The notes under the pieces are model-generated. The model made no database searches. It had not been told where the DNA came from and saw only the letters and a program-made list of their open reading frames with translations. 64,000 nt of DNA from contig CAZRVK010000004.1 in NCBI GenBank assembly GCA_964603585.1, forward strand, positions 64,438 to 128,437, written 5' to 3'. A program made the translations under genes and the position numbers. This document shows positions 1-11,518 of this stretch, piece by piece. The stretch's first letter is position 1; every line of letters begins with the position of its first letter. Source of the DNA: an uncultured Planctomycetales bacterium. GTDB taxonomy: Bacteria; Omnitrophota; Gorgyraeia; Gygaellales; Profunditerraquicolaceae.

Positions 1-2
1 CC

Positions 3-665
3 GGTGCCGGTACAGAGAAGGTCGAAAGTGAGCTTCATCGCCTGTTCCCGCAGGCTAAAATAAAAATGATCGCCGGAGATGAAAATAGCAGCATCGATCA
101 GGCCGATATTTTTGTTTCGACGGAATCCGTCACCAGGTCCATAGACCTGAAATTTGATTTGACCGTTGTGATGCAGGTAGATAATTTACTGAATCATGTG
201 GATTTTCGTTCCGCAGAGAAGACATTCCGGATATTGACAAATCTTTTGCATCTGACCGCAAAACGCATGATCATCCCTACGGCATTACCGCACCATCATT
301 GTTTTCTGGCGCTTGCAAGATCGAAACCGGATTTGTTTTATCTAAAGGAATTAGAGCAAAGAAAAAGCCTGGGATTCCCTCCTTATCGGCATTTATGCAT
401 CATTAAGCTCCGGGGTAAAAAAGCGGAAAAAGTCGAAAGTTTGTCAGAAGAGTTGTTTATTTGCCTCAATAAGTGGAACAAAAACAAGAATATCGAGATA
501 ATCTCTAATTCTCCTGGCCAGCCGGAGAAACTGCGCGATAATTTCTATTGGAGGATATTGATTAAGTGCCTGCGCCCGGAGGAATTGACGGAGTTCCTAA
601 AAATAAGCTTAAAAAAGATCAAGCATTCAGGTATAATAATCACTGTAGATATGGATCCGGTTTAA
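3..665 (+). CDS. priA: Primosomal protein N' (PriA) C-terminal fragment; the 5' end lies outside the window
   Basis: Reading frame 3 from the window edge gives GAGTEKVESELHRLFPQAKIKMIAGDENSS..., continuous with track ORF 66..665. The order of helicase-C-like segments (..DIFVSTESVTRSIDL.., ..FRSAEKTFRILTNLLHLTAKR.., ..LGFPPYRHLCIIKLRGK..) matches the C-terminal region of PriA. Divergent. Confidence 0.55.
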   Translation, partial: GAGTEKVESELHRLFPQAKIKMIAGDENSSIDQADIFVSTESVTRSIDLKFDLTVVMQVDNLLNHVDFRSAEKTFRILTNLLHLTAKRMIIPTALPHHHCFLALARSKPDLFYLKELEQRKSLGFPPYRHLCIIKLRGKKAEKVESLSEELFICLNKWNKNKNIEIISNSPGQPEKLRDNFYWRILIKCLRPEELTEFLKISLKKIKHSGIIITVDMDPV

Positions 666-815
666 TTTTTAGAGGTTAATTATCTTATGGATGATCAAAT
701 CAGATATCATGCGGGGTACAGCCTTTTCGGAAGATAAACAGCGGCCGGATTAATCTTAAAAACAAGGTTGCTTCGTCCCGCCGTTGGCGGGGCTGGTAAT
801 GACAGGGAATAAAAA

Positions 816-1763
816 ATGAAAATAATATTCCTGGGTAGTGGTGAGTTTGCAGTACCTTCTTTAGAGGCATTGGCTAGGTCTGGGGGACATATTCCTTTAG
901 TCGTGACCCAGCCGGATAAGCCTAAAGGCAGAGGGATGCATGCCCAGCCAACTCCGGTTAAGCAGGTTGCACAGCGATTAGGCATAGAGGTTTACCAGCC
1001 CGAGAAGATAAATGATCCCGAAACGGTTGCTCGATTGAAGACAATTGGTCCGGATCTATTTATCGTTATTGCTTATGGACAAATGTTTTCTTCGGAGGTT
1101 TTGGTTATCCCGAGGATATTCCCCATTAATATACACGCTTCACTTTTGCCAAAATACCGCGGAGCAGCTCCGGTTAACTGGGCAATTATAAACGGTGAGG
1201 AAATAACAGGTGTTACGGCAATTAAAATGTCGAAGAAAATGGATGCCGGAGAGATTATTTCTGCGAAAAGTTTAGAGGTGATGGCAGATGAAAATGCCCG
1301 GCAGCTTGAAGAAAGGCTGGCAATCTTAGGTTCCGAACTGCTCATGGAAAGCCTGGAATCCATAAAGAATAAAACCTTCCGGGTGGTGATGCAGGATGAA
1401 ACAAAATCAAGCTTTGCGCCTAAGATGCAGAAGAATACAGGGTTGATAAATTGGGGGGATAGCGCTGTCGAGATCAATAACCTGATCCGCGGTTGTTATG
1501 ACTGGCCTGGGGCGTTTACTTACTGGCGGGGGAAGCTGCTTAAGATCTTTAAAGCACAGGTTGATTTCGATAACGTCGAAGGAGGTTTGCGGCATAAAAA
1601 CGGTGAAGTAATAAAAGTTCTAAAGAGCGGCATTGTAGTTGCCTGTGGCCAGGGTAATTTGATCATCGAAGAATTACAGATTGAGGGGAAAAGGCGGATG
1701 CATGCCGAAGAATTTATTTTAGGGTATAGGATTGCACCTTCAGATATACTGGGTATGCATTAG
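816..1763 (+). CDS. fmt: Methionyl-tRNA formyltransferase
   Basis: N-terminus MKIIFLGSGEFAVPSLEAL..., HASLLPKYRGAAPVNWAIINGE formyltransferase core, and a C-terminal Fmt domain. 315 aa. Confidence 0.9.
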   Translation: MKIIFLGSGEFAVPSLEALARSGGHIPLVVTQPDKPKGRGMHAQPTPVKQVAQRLGIEVYQPEKINDPETVARLKTIGPDLFIVIAYGQMFSSEVLVIPRIFPINIHASLLPKYRGAAPVNWAIINGEEITGVTAIKMSKKMDAGEIISAKSLEVMADENARQLEERLAILGSELLMESLESIKNKTFRVVMQDETKSSFAPKMQKNTGLINWGDSAVEINNLIRGCYDWPGAFTYWRGKLLKIFKAQVDFDNVEGGLRHKNGEVIKVLKSGIVVACGQGNLIIEELQIEGKRRMHAEEFILGYRIAPSDILGMH

Positions 1764-1811
1764 ATGCTCGTCTTTTTTTTGTAACGGCCATCGCCAAATT
1801 TCAAAAAATGT

Positions 1812-1839
1812 TTGAATTTGGGATAAATCGTGTTACAAT
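1812..1839 (+). promoter_or_regulatory. Sigma70-like promoter candidate (TTGAAT, 16 nt spacer, TACAAT) upstream of the GalT-like pair
   Basis: ttgaat at 1812-1817 and tacaat at 1834-1839 with a 16 nt spacer, about 38 nt upstream of the ATG at 1877. Confidence 0.3.
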
Positions 1840-1876
1840 TATGAATCACTAACCTGATTTTTGAGCCGGGAAAATT

Positions 1877-2902
1877 ATGCCAGAATTACGAAAAGACCCG
1901 ATAATTGGCAGGTGGGTAATAATTGCTACTGAACGCGCCAGGCGTCCGGACCAGTTTGTTGTTTCCGAACCCGAAGGTCATGTAGATAAACCCTGTCCGT
2001 TCTGTGAAGGAAATGAATCACAGACTCCTCCGGAAATATTCGCCTTAAGGCCTAAACATACTCCATCTAATACCCCAGGCTGGGAGTTGCGCGTCGTGCC
2101 CAGTATTTCACCCTTTTTAAGGGTTGAGGGCGATCTTGACCGCAGGGGAAAGGGTTTATATGATATGATGAATGCGGTAGGGGCGCATGAAATGATCATT
2201 GAAAGTAAACAGCATATTGCGAACATGGCGGATCTGCCCGAGGATCAGATCACACGGGTTTTAAGCTGTTATATTGACCGGATCGTTGATCTGGAACGGG
2301 ATAAGCGTTTTAAATATGCCATGGTTTTCAAGAACCATGGCTGGATAGCGGGTGGAAGCGGGATCAATCATTCTAAATCACAGTTAATTGCTACTCCGGT
2401 TAATCCTAAACGGGTAAAAGAAGAACTGGTCGGGTGCAAACAGTATTATGAATATCATGAAAGATGTATTTATTGCGACCTGATAAAGCAGGAATTGGAA
2501 GCAAACGAGAGAGTAATCCTGGACCTTGACGGATTTGTAGCAGTTACTCCCTTTGCCGCCCGTTTTCCGTTTGAAACCTGGATTTTGCCTAAAAAGCACT
2601 CCTGTGATTTTGTAAGCCTCGATATGCCGGAGCGGGCGAATTTAGCCAAGATACTGAAAAGAGTATTGCAGAAATTAAAAAAAGGGCTTAAAGACCCTCC
2701 TTATAATTATGTGATCCATACTGCGCCATTTCGTCGCCCAAAGATCGGTTACTGGAAAAGCATCGATTATGATTATCATTGGCACATTGAGATCATCCCC
2801 CGCCTGACAAGGGTTGCGGGTTTTGAATGGGGTACGGGTTTTTATATTTGTCCTCTGCCCCCGGAAGATGCGGCTAAATTCCTAAGAGAGGTCCAGGTAT
2901 AA
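1877..2902 (+). CDS. GalT-family (HIT-like) hexose-1-phosphate nucleotidyltransferase paralog in which Lys replaces the nucleophile His (HSKSQ instead of HPHGQ)
   Basis: Zn-site-like CPFCEGNE, conserved FKNHGW..GSGINHSKSQLIATP and C-terminal YHWHIEIIPRLTRVAGFEWGTGFYI. Aligns residue for residue with the downstream paralog, but H-S-K takes the place of H-P-H. Confidence 0.65.
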   Translation: MPELRKDPIIGRWVIIATERARRPDQFVVSEPEGHVDKPCPFCEGNESQTPPEIFALRPKHTPSNTPGWELRVVPSISPFLRVEGDLDRRGKGLYDMMNAVGAHEMIIESKQHIANMADLPEDQITRVLSCYIDRIVDLERDKRFKYAMVFKNHGWIAGGSGINHSKSQLIATPVNPKRVKEELVGCKQYYEYHERCIYCDLIKQELEANERVILDLDGFVAVTPFAARFPFETWILPKKHSCDFVSLDMPERANLAKILKRVLQKLKKGLKDPPYNYVIHTAPFRRPKIGYWKSIDYDYHWHIEIIPRLTRVAGFEWGTGFYICPLPPEDAAKFLREVQV

Positions 2903-2904
2903 AT

Positions 2905-3900
2905 ATGGCTGAATTACGTCGGGATCCGATAGTGGCGCGCTGGGTGATCGTGGATAATGATCAGCCGTTCAAGCCGGAAGATTATCAGCATGAGCAATAT
3001 CTTCCTAAAGGCGGAGTTTGCCCGTTTTGTTACGGCAATGAAGCGTTGACACCTCCGGAGATCGATTCGGTCCGCCAACTGCATACTTCCGCAAACACTC
3101 CGGGCTGGCAGGTGCGGGTAGTGCCGAATAAATTTCCGGCGCTGCATGTTGAGGGGGAGCTTGACCGTAAAGGGATGGGGATCTACGACCTTTCGAACGG
3201 GATTGGCGCGCATGAAGTATTGATCGAAACCCCGTATCACCATAAGGATATTCCTGATCTGTTGCCGGAAGAAATAGAGAATTTCGTCATGATGTATTGC
3301 CGCAGGATGGCGGATCTGGAGCGTGATAAGCGGTTTAAGTATATTATGCTTTTCCGGAATTATGGTTTTGCCGCCGGGGCTTCTTTAGAACATCCGCATA
3401 CCCAGTTGATCGCGCTTCCTATGGTGCCTAAGAATGTCATGGAAGAGCTGAAAGGTGCCCAAAGTTACTTTGAATACCGGGAGCGGTGCCTGTTTTGTGA
3501 TATGATCCGTCAGGAGGCGCAGGAAAAGGAAAGGGTTATTATCGAAAATAAGTATTTCATCGTATTTTGCCCTTTCGTATCGCGGTTTCCGTTTGAGATA
3601 TGGATACTGCCTAAGAAGCACCATGGCCAGTTCTGCCAGATGTCGCATGAAGAATCAGTATCTTTTTCACTGGTTTTAAAGGAAACCATAACTAAGATCA
3701 AGAAGATATTTGTAAATTTGTCATATAACTTTATTTTGCATTCCGGGCCGATAAACGGCGATAGCGCCTCGGAAAGCTATCATTGGCATCTTGAATTTAT
3801 GCCGAAGTTGACACGCGTTGCAGGTTTTGAATGGGGCACGGGTTTTTACCTCGTTCCTACTCCGCCGGAGCTGGCTGCGTCATATTTAAAGGCCGTATAA
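2905..3900 (+). CDS. galT: Galactose-1-phosphate uridylyltransferase family protein (canonical HPHTQ active site)
   Basis: CPFCYGNE, FRNYGFAAGASLEHPHTQLIALP (HPH nucleophile motif intact), YHWHLEFMPKLTRVAGFEWGTGFYL. Starts 3 nt after the upstream paralog ends. Confidence 0.75.
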   Translation: MAELRRDPIVARWVIVDNDQPFKPEDYQHEQYLPKGGVCPFCYGNEALTPPEIDSVRQLHTSANTPGWQVRVVPNKFPALHVEGELDRKGMGIYDLSNGIGAHEVLIETPYHHKDIPDLLPEEIENFVMMYCRRMADLERDKRFKYIMLFRNYGFAAGASLEHPHTQLIALPMVPKNVMEELKGAQSYFEYRERCLFCDMIRQEAQEKERVIIENKYFIVFCPFVSRFPFEIWILPKKHHGQFCQMSHEESVSFSLVLKETITKIKKIFVNLSYNFILHSGPINGDSASESYHWHLEFMPKLTRVAGFEWGTGFYLVPTPPELAASYLKAV

Positions 3901-3937
3901 TTGATTTATAAACACATATATAAAAGGAGGAACAAAA

Positions 3938-4990
3938 ATGGGAGTCAAAGTTGGTATCAATGGGTTTGGCAGGATCGGTCGTCTGGTCGCGCGTTCAATC
4001 TTAGAACGCAAGGATACCGGTTTGGAACTGGTGGCGGTAAATGATCTTACGGATGCTAAGGCTAACGCCTATCTGTTTAAATATGATTCCGTGCACGGAA
4101 GGTTCCCGGGTGAGGTAAAGGTTGCAGGTGAAGATTCGATTTCAGTCGATGGCAAGCTAATTAAGGTATTGGCTAAACGTGACCCGGCGGAACTTCCCTG
4201 GAAAGATCTGGGGGTCCAGATTGTGGTGGAGTCCACCGGACTTTTTACAGTTAAAAAAGACGGCGTCAATAAAAAAGGCAAGGAAGTTAAAGGCGCGGAA
4301 AACCATATCACCAAAGGTGGAGCTAAAAAGGTGATCATTTCCGCTCCTGCAGAAGGCGAAGATATTACGGTGGTTATGGGTGTAAATGAAGATAAATACG
4401 ATCCCAAGAACCATCATGTGCTTTCGAATGCATCGTGCACTACGAATTGCCTGGCTCCGATTTCGAAGATAATGAATGATAAGTGGGGTATCTTAAAAGG
4501 ATTGATGACGACTATCCATTCTTATACGAATGACCAAAGGGTCCAGGATATGGCGCATTCTGATCTGCGCCGGTCTCGAGCAGCAGCAGTTTCCATGATC
4601 CCGACATCGACTGGCGCGGCGAAAGCGATTTCGCTGGTTATCCCTGAATTAAAGGGGAAGATGGATGGTTTTGCCATACGTGTCCCGACACCTAATGTGT
4701 CGGTTGTTGATTTAACCTGTACGTTCGCAAAGAAGGCCACGGTTGAAGAAATAAATGCCGCCTTTAAAGAGTTTGCCGACGGCAAAATGAAGGGGATTTT
4801 AGGATATACGGAAGATCCGGTAGTTTCGGTTGATTTTAACCACTGTGTTTTGAGCTCGATTGTGGATGCTAAGAGTACTAAAGCGATCGGTGACGATTTC
4901 TTTAAAGTGCTTGCCTGGTACGATAATGAGTGGGGATATTCAAACCGCGTCGTGGATTTAGCGGAATACCTGGTGAAAAAAGGTTTATAA
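3938..4990 (+). CDS. gap: Glyceraldehyde-3-phosphate dehydrogenase (type I)
   Basis: [15 protein letters not shown] Rossmann start and [13 protein letters not shown] catalytic Cys motif; C-terminal WYDNEWGYS. Carries a Lys-rich insert ([18 protein letters not shown]) before [11 protein letters not shown]. Confidence 0.95.
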   Translation: MGVKVGINGFGRIGRLVARSILERKDTGLELVAVNDLTDAKANAYLFKYDSVHGRFPGEVKVAGEDSISVDGKLIKVLAKRDPAELPWKDLGVQIVVESTGLFTVKKDGVNKKGKEVKGAENHITKGGAKKVIISAPAEGEDITVVMGVNEDKYDPKNHHVLSNASCTTNCLAPISKIMNDKWGILKGLMTTIHSYTNDQRVQDMAHSDLRRSRAAAVSMIPTSTGAAKAISLVIPELKGKMDGFAIRVPTPNVSVVDLTCTFAKKATVEEINAAFKEFADGKMKGILGYTEDPVVSVDFNHCVLSSIVDAKSTKAIGDDFFKVLAWYDNEWGYSNRVVDLAEYLVKKGL

Positions 4991-5012
4991 AAAATAATCC
5001 GTAAATGAAAAT

Positions 5013-5073
5013 AAGGGAGGCACTTCTTTAAGATTTGCGATAATCTTTAGAAGTGCTTCCCTTTTAATTTTTT
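5013..5073 (+). terminator. Rho-independent terminator downstream of gap
   Basis: A long, nearly perfect inverted repeat, aagggaggcacttctttaagatt...aatctttagaagtgcttccctt (one G-U pair), followed by the T tract ttttaatttttt. Confidence 0.7.
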
Positions 5074-5223
5074 ATGGCTTGACGAATGATTTAAAAGCGG
5101 TGTTGCTTATTTTTTGTCATTACGGGCACAGCGGTTAAAAAGTGTTGTTTTTTAGTCCGTGTTATTACACGGGTCGCCAACAACGGGATGAAGTAATCCT
5201 GATAGAAGAGGTTGTTTAGTTAA

Positions 5224-6222
5224 ATGAAATACTCGATCGATAAAGATAACCGCTTGATTATTAGGCAAAACGGGAAAAATATCCCGGTTAATGGGTTTTT
5301 TGAGGTTGACGAGGCGAATCGCCTGATTTATTGGCTGAATGAGCCAGTGGTTTGGCGTAAGCAATACCGTTTTCCCGCAAAGATCGTTTTTACCGGTAAT
5401 TGGGTGCTTAATAATAATTATGACCTCGAAATGCATTTAACCGAAGACAAGACGAATGACAATCAGGAGATTTTGACCATTAAAGGTAAAATAATCTCTG
5501 TCGCCGCAGATAAATTGGTTTTTGAGGTAAAAACTTTTGATACCGGTGGACTTTTTAAACTTAGGCTATTGCAATTAAGCGGTACTTGGCAGGTGGATGA
5601 GTATAATCAACTGACTTTTAAGGTTAGCAAAAAAGATATGCCGGATATCTTAACGTTTCAAGGCGCCTGGACGCTGAATCAGAATCAGCAAATTGTTTAT
5701 TCTTTCGAAAAAACCGAATTAAAAAGAAGGAGCAAGGTTATTTCGGAGGTTGAATTTTCCGGTTTCTGGGAGGTTAACCAGGCTAATCGTCTGACCTATA
5801 TACTTTCGACTGCCACGAATTCCCGCTTTGATTTTCGTGCGCAACTGGAATCCCCAAACCTTTTTCCTAAAGAAGGGGTGATCAAATATCGTTTGGGTGC
5901 AGGTTTATGCAAGCCTAACCAATCCAATGTGCAAATAATCGAGCTTTACGGGGTCTGGAAATTCAGCCGTAAACTCGTTTTAAGCTTTGAAATGGAGTAT
6001 GCTTCTGGCGAATTCCACTCTTTATACTTTGGTGCCGAGGTGAGATTCGGTCAAAACAATCAGATCGAGTTTAATCTTTTGGATCGAGTAGGTGAAAAAA
6101 TGGGGGGTAGCCTGATTTTTACCCATAAATTCCTGAAGGAACTTAATGCGGATGCTTTTTTGAGGCTGAAAAAACTGAATACTGATTTCGGAGTGGATGT
6201 GGGCGTGCGAATACCATTTTAA
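5224..6222 (+). CDS. Hypothetical protein with about four internal ~75-aa repeats (motif G-F/W-W-E/Q-V-D/N-x-A/Y-N-R/Q-L-T/I-Y/F)
   Basis: Repeats GFFEVDEANRLIYWL, GTWQVDEYNQLTFKV, GFWEVNQANRLTYIL and GVWKFSRKLVLSF seen in the translation. No recognisable catalytic motif and no obvious signal peptide. Confidence 0.4.
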   Translation: MKYSIDKDNRLIIRQNGKNIPVNGFFEVDEANRLIYWLNEPVVWRKQYRFPAKIVFTGNWVLNNNYDLEMHLTEDKTNDNQEILTIKGKIISVAADKLVFEVKTFDTGGLFKLRLLQLSGTWQVDEYNQLTFKVSKKDMPDILTFQGAWTLNQNQQIVYSFEKTELKRRSKVISEVEFSGFWEVNQANRLTYILSTATNSRFDFRAQLESPNLFPKEGVIKYRLGAGLCKPNQSNVQIIELYGVWKFSRKLVLSFEMEYASGEFHSLYFGAEVRFGQNNQIEFNLLDRVGEKMGGSLIFTHKFLKELNADAFLRLKKLNTDFGVDVGVRIPF

Positions 6223-6235
6223 TCTGGAGGTATAA

Positions 6236-7024
6236 ATGTATTCTTTAGGATGCCGGAAGGATCCAAAAGACTTACGGGATATCCCGATGAGCATGGTGTT
6301 GCCGAAAATCCCAATTCCCGGCAGTTTCGATTATACTGCTAAAATGACTCCGGTAAGGGACCAGGGCAATGAGGGGACGTGTGTAGCTTTTGCGACGGTT
6401 GTCGGAGTTAAAGAGTATCAGGATAGCAAAGAATACCGTAAATTAGTAGGCCTTTCTCCCCGATTTGTATATAACTTATGCAAAAAATACGATGGGGTGC
6501 CGTTTGAAGAGGGGACGTATCCTCGGATTGCGATGAAAATGCTGGTAAAATTTGGCGTCTGCCTGGAGAGGTTTTGGCCGTATCGTCCCTTTCAGAAAGA
6601 TAAAGCAAAGCCCAATGCCGATAAAAACGCTACGGTTTACCGGATTAAGGCTTATGCCAGGATCAATGGTGTAGTCGAGATGAAAAGAAGCCTCTTGATA
6701 AATGGGCCGTTTTTAGCCGGGGTGATGGTTTTTAACTCCTGGTTTGGCAAAAGGCCGCAAAAAACCGGGTGTATTCCTATGCCGAAGGGTGGCGAGGAAG
6801 CAGTTGGCGGCCACGCGATTTGCATTGTCGGCTATAATGATGCGGCCAAACTTTTTAAATTCAAGAATTCCTGGGGTAAAAAATGGGCAGATCATGGCTA
6901 CGGATACCTGCCATATGCCTATCTGCAGAAGTATTGTTCGGATGCCTGGAGCGCTACGGATTTGATTAAGAATCCCGCAGATCTGGCGAAGATACGAGAG
7001 GCCATTCTACGTAAATTTGCCTGA
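6236..7024 (+). CDS. Papain-like (C1 family) cysteine peptidase
   Basis: Catalytic Cys block DQGNEGTCVAFA (compare QGxCGSCWAF), His block GGHAICIVGY, and Asn/Trp block NSWGKKWADHGYGYL. Confidence 0.6.
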   Translation: MYSLGCRKDPKDLRDIPMSMVLPKIPIPGSFDYTAKMTPVRDQGNEGTCVAFATVVGVKEYQDSKEYRKLVGLSPRFVYNLCKKYDGVPFEEGTYPRIAMKMLVKFGVCLERFWPYRPFQKDKAKPNADKNATVYRIKAYARINGVVEMKRSLLINGPFLAGVMVFNSWFGKRPQKTGCIPMPKGGEEAVGGHAICIVGYNDAAKLFKFKNSWGKKWADHGYGYLPYAYLQKYCSDAWSATDLIKNPADLAKIREAILRKFA

Positions 7025-7122
7025 AAAACACCGGCTTAAAAATCCGGGAGTATCTTTTTGTAACTTATCCAAGATCAGCAATTTACATCTTTTCTTAAAT
7101 AGGCAAATTACTGGAAAAAGGC

Positions 7123-7150
7123 TTGACATGGATAGTGTTTATGTTAGACT
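7123..7150 (+). promoter_or_regulatory. Sigma70-like promoter candidate (TTGACA, 16 nt spacer, TAGACT) at the start of the glycan island
   Basis: ttgaca at 7123-7128 and tagact at 7145-7150, about 10 nt upstream of the regulator ATG at 7160. Confidence 0.35.
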
Positions 7151-7153
7151 ATT

Positions 7154-7170
7154 TGTTCAATGATTGAACA
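7154..7170. promoter_or_regulatory. Perfect 8-1-8 palindrome TGTTCAAT-g-ATTGAACA that overlaps the start codon of the MarR-like regulator (putative operator)
   Basis: The reverse complement of TGTTCAAT is ATTGAACA, and the ATG at 7160-7162 sits at the palindrome centre. Confidence 0.3.
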
Positions 7171-7522
7171 GCCCCCAAAAGAAGAGATCCTGTATTTGAT
7201 CAAAGAAATAGATGTTCATCCTGCCTCAACACAGCGAACGATTTCGGCTAATTTAGGATTTTCCTTAGGCAAAACCAATTATATCCTTAAAGCCCTTATA
7301 AAACGTGGTTTAATTACGGTAAAAAATTTCTCTGCCAATCCGAATAAACTTCAGAAAATTCAATATTCACTTACTAAAAAAGGTATTCAGGAGAGGATCA
7401 ATTTGACCAGCCACTTCCTGGAAAGAAAAGAGATCGAATATAACCGGATGAAACAAGAGTGGGAGCAATTGGTGGGCGGTAAAAATCCAAGTATTTCTTA
7501 CGATAATGTTACTAAAGAATGA
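7160..7522 (+). CDS. Small winged-helix (MarR-like) transcriptional regulator of the kind found at the head of exopolysaccharide loci
   Basis: 120 aa with an HTH-like segment STQRTISANLGFSLGKTNYILKALIKRGLI followed by a wing (NPNKLQKIQYSLTKKG). First gene of the island. Confidence 0.5.
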   Translation: MIEQPPKEEILYLIKEIDVHPASTQRTISANLGFSLGKTNYILKALIKRGLITVKNFSANPNKLQKIQYSLTKKGIQERINLTSHFLERKEIEYNRMKQEWEQLVGGKNPSISYDNVTKE

Positions 7523-8545
7523 AAGGTGATATGATGAAACATTCAGAAACAATTCCAAATCTCCTGGGGGTAAGTTTTTACGATTATCTGAAGGTTTTTC
7601 TAAGGAGGAAGAACACATTTATTACGGTATTCCTGCTGATTATTGTCATTGGAGGGATACGTACTTACCTGTTTGTCCCTTCGCAATTATACCGTGCAAC
7701 GATTATGATCCAGCCGCCTGTTATTGGTGAGTCATTAACCGGCGCAAATGATCTAATTTCTGCCGAAAATCTGCGGAGTTTGATTAAAAATAATGTTTTT
7801 AGCTATCAGTTAAGGGATAAAAACTGGCCGGATTTGAATCCTGATGCTTTGGATTTCTCTGTAGAAATTCCTGAAAAAACCAATATTTTAAGAGTTAGCC
7901 TTGATCTGGATAGCACATCAAAAGATCGGGGTGCTGTAATATTAAAAAAACTATGTGAAGTTATTTCCCGGCATTTTGCTAAACGTATCGAAGCTAAGCT
8001 CACTGATCTTGATAATCAGATAAAGCAAAATGAACGTAATATCATAAATACCCGTGAACGCCAAAAGAATCTAAGGGTCCAAATTGATGAAATTACTAAT
8101 AGAGAAGATAAACTTAGGGAAGAACTAAAGGCAATAAGCAAGAATACGGAGCAAATCTTAAATAAACGGGAAGAATTGTTTGTCGGAAATTCTTCTACCG
8201 AAAGCGCTTCGACGTTGCTTCTCGCAAATTATTTGCAGAATAATTCAAGCTATCTTAATCAAGTAAATAATCAATTCAGTGCCTTATCGCTGCGCCGGGG
8301 CGATCTGGATTTAGAGATTAAAACCATCGATTCCCAGATAAGCGATTTTCAGATGGCGATAGAAAAACTTAATCTGAATAAAAGCTTTATTTCGAATCTA
8401 AAGATTATCGGAGAGCCAAAGATATATTTAACGTCTCCCTTGATAAGTAATAATAAAAAAATGGCGTTATACATGATGATCGGTTTATTGTTTGCGATAT
8501 TGGCAGTAATCTCGCACGAGTTCTGGATAAGAAAACTTGATAGGC

Positions 8546-8553
<8 letters not shown>
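7519..8553 (+). CDS. Polysaccharide chain-length determinant (Wzz/GumC-like) protein
   Basis: N-terminal TM ([21 protein letters not shown]), a long coiled-coil-like periplasmic region ([39 protein letters not shown]), and a C-terminal TM ([22 protein letters not shown]). Confidence 0.5.
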
Positions 8554-10644
<2,091 letters not shown>

Positions 10645-10659
10645 GCCAAGGAGTTTGAG

Positions 10660-11508
10660 ATGTCTATTTTTATCATTGCCGAGATTGGAATTAATCATAA
10701 TGGTGATATTGGCATTGCAAAACAGTTGATTGATGTCGCCAAAGATGCAGGCGCTGATGCTGTTAAATTTCAAAAAAGGACAATCGATCTGGTTTATACC
10801 AAGGAAATGCTTGATTCTTTCAGGGAAAGCCCCTGGGGAAATACGCAGAGGGCGCAAAAAGAAGGCCTTGAGTTCGGTTTAGATGAGTATAAACAGATCG
10901 ATGCCTATTGCCGGCTTAAGGGTATAGAATGGTTTGCTTCCGCCTGGGATATTGAAAGCCAGAAATTCCTGCGGCAGTTTGATTGCAACTATAATAAGAT
11001 AGCTTCGGCAATGATCGTTTACGAAGATTTACTTAAACAGGTTGCTTCCGAGAAAAAGCATACTTTTATTTCTACCGGCATGACTACATCTATGCATATC
11101 GACCGGGCAGTCGAAATATTCCGGCAGCAAAACTGTCCTTTTGAATTGATGCATTGCGTTTCGGTTTATCCGATGGAGGATGAGGAGGCTAATTTAAATT
11201 GCATTAAGACCTTGCGTGAACGTTATAAGTGTAATGTCGGTTATAGCGGGCATGAAGTTGGTTTAGCTGTATCCTATGCCGCATCGGCATTAGGAATTAC
11301 TTCTTTAGAGCGGCATATTACATTGGACCGGGCGATGTATGGTTCTGATCAAGCGGCTTCGGTAGAACCCATGGGTTTTAAAGCGCTTGTAGGTGCAATT
11401 CGTAAGATTGAGAAGGCAATGGGCAACGGCGAAATAAATATTAACCATAGGGAATTAACCATCGCAAAGAAATTGCGGGCGCATATCCCATTCGAATCTC
11501 ATCGCTAA
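10660..11508 (+). CDS. NeuB-family nonulosonic acid synthase paralog, short form without a C-terminal SAF domain
   Basis: IIAEIGINHNGDIGIAKQLIDVAKDAGADAVKFQKRT (NeuB TIM-barrel N-terminus). It is 282 aa and ends before the SAF/antifreeze-like domain present in the 22230 paralog. Good SD (aaggag) upstream. Confidence 0.6.
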   Translation: MSIFIIAEIGINHNGDIGIAKQLIDVAKDAGADAVKFQKRTIDLVYTKEMLDSFRESPWGNTQRAQKEGLEFGLDEYKQIDAYCRLKGIEWFASAWDIESQKFLRQFDCNYNKIASAMIVYEDLLKQVASEKKHTFISTGMTTSMHIDRAVEIFRQQNCPFELMHCVSVYPMEDEEANLNCIKTLRERYKCNVGYSGHEVGLAVSYAASALGITSLERHITLDRAMYGSDQAASVEPMGFKALVGAIRKIEKAMGNGEININHRELTIAKKLRAHIPFESHR

Positions 11509-11518
11509 GGGCAGGATA

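Noticed and set aside
777-791. GC-rich hairpin cccgcc-gtt-ggcggg between priA and fmt
   Set aside because: Only a 6-bp stem with no downstream T tract, so there is insufficient evidence for a terminator or riboswitch element.
5078-5140. Possible promoter (cttgacg) in the 150-nt gap after the gap terminator
   Set aside because: A -35-like hexamer is present, but no acceptable -10 hexamer lies at 16-18 nt, so it was not called.
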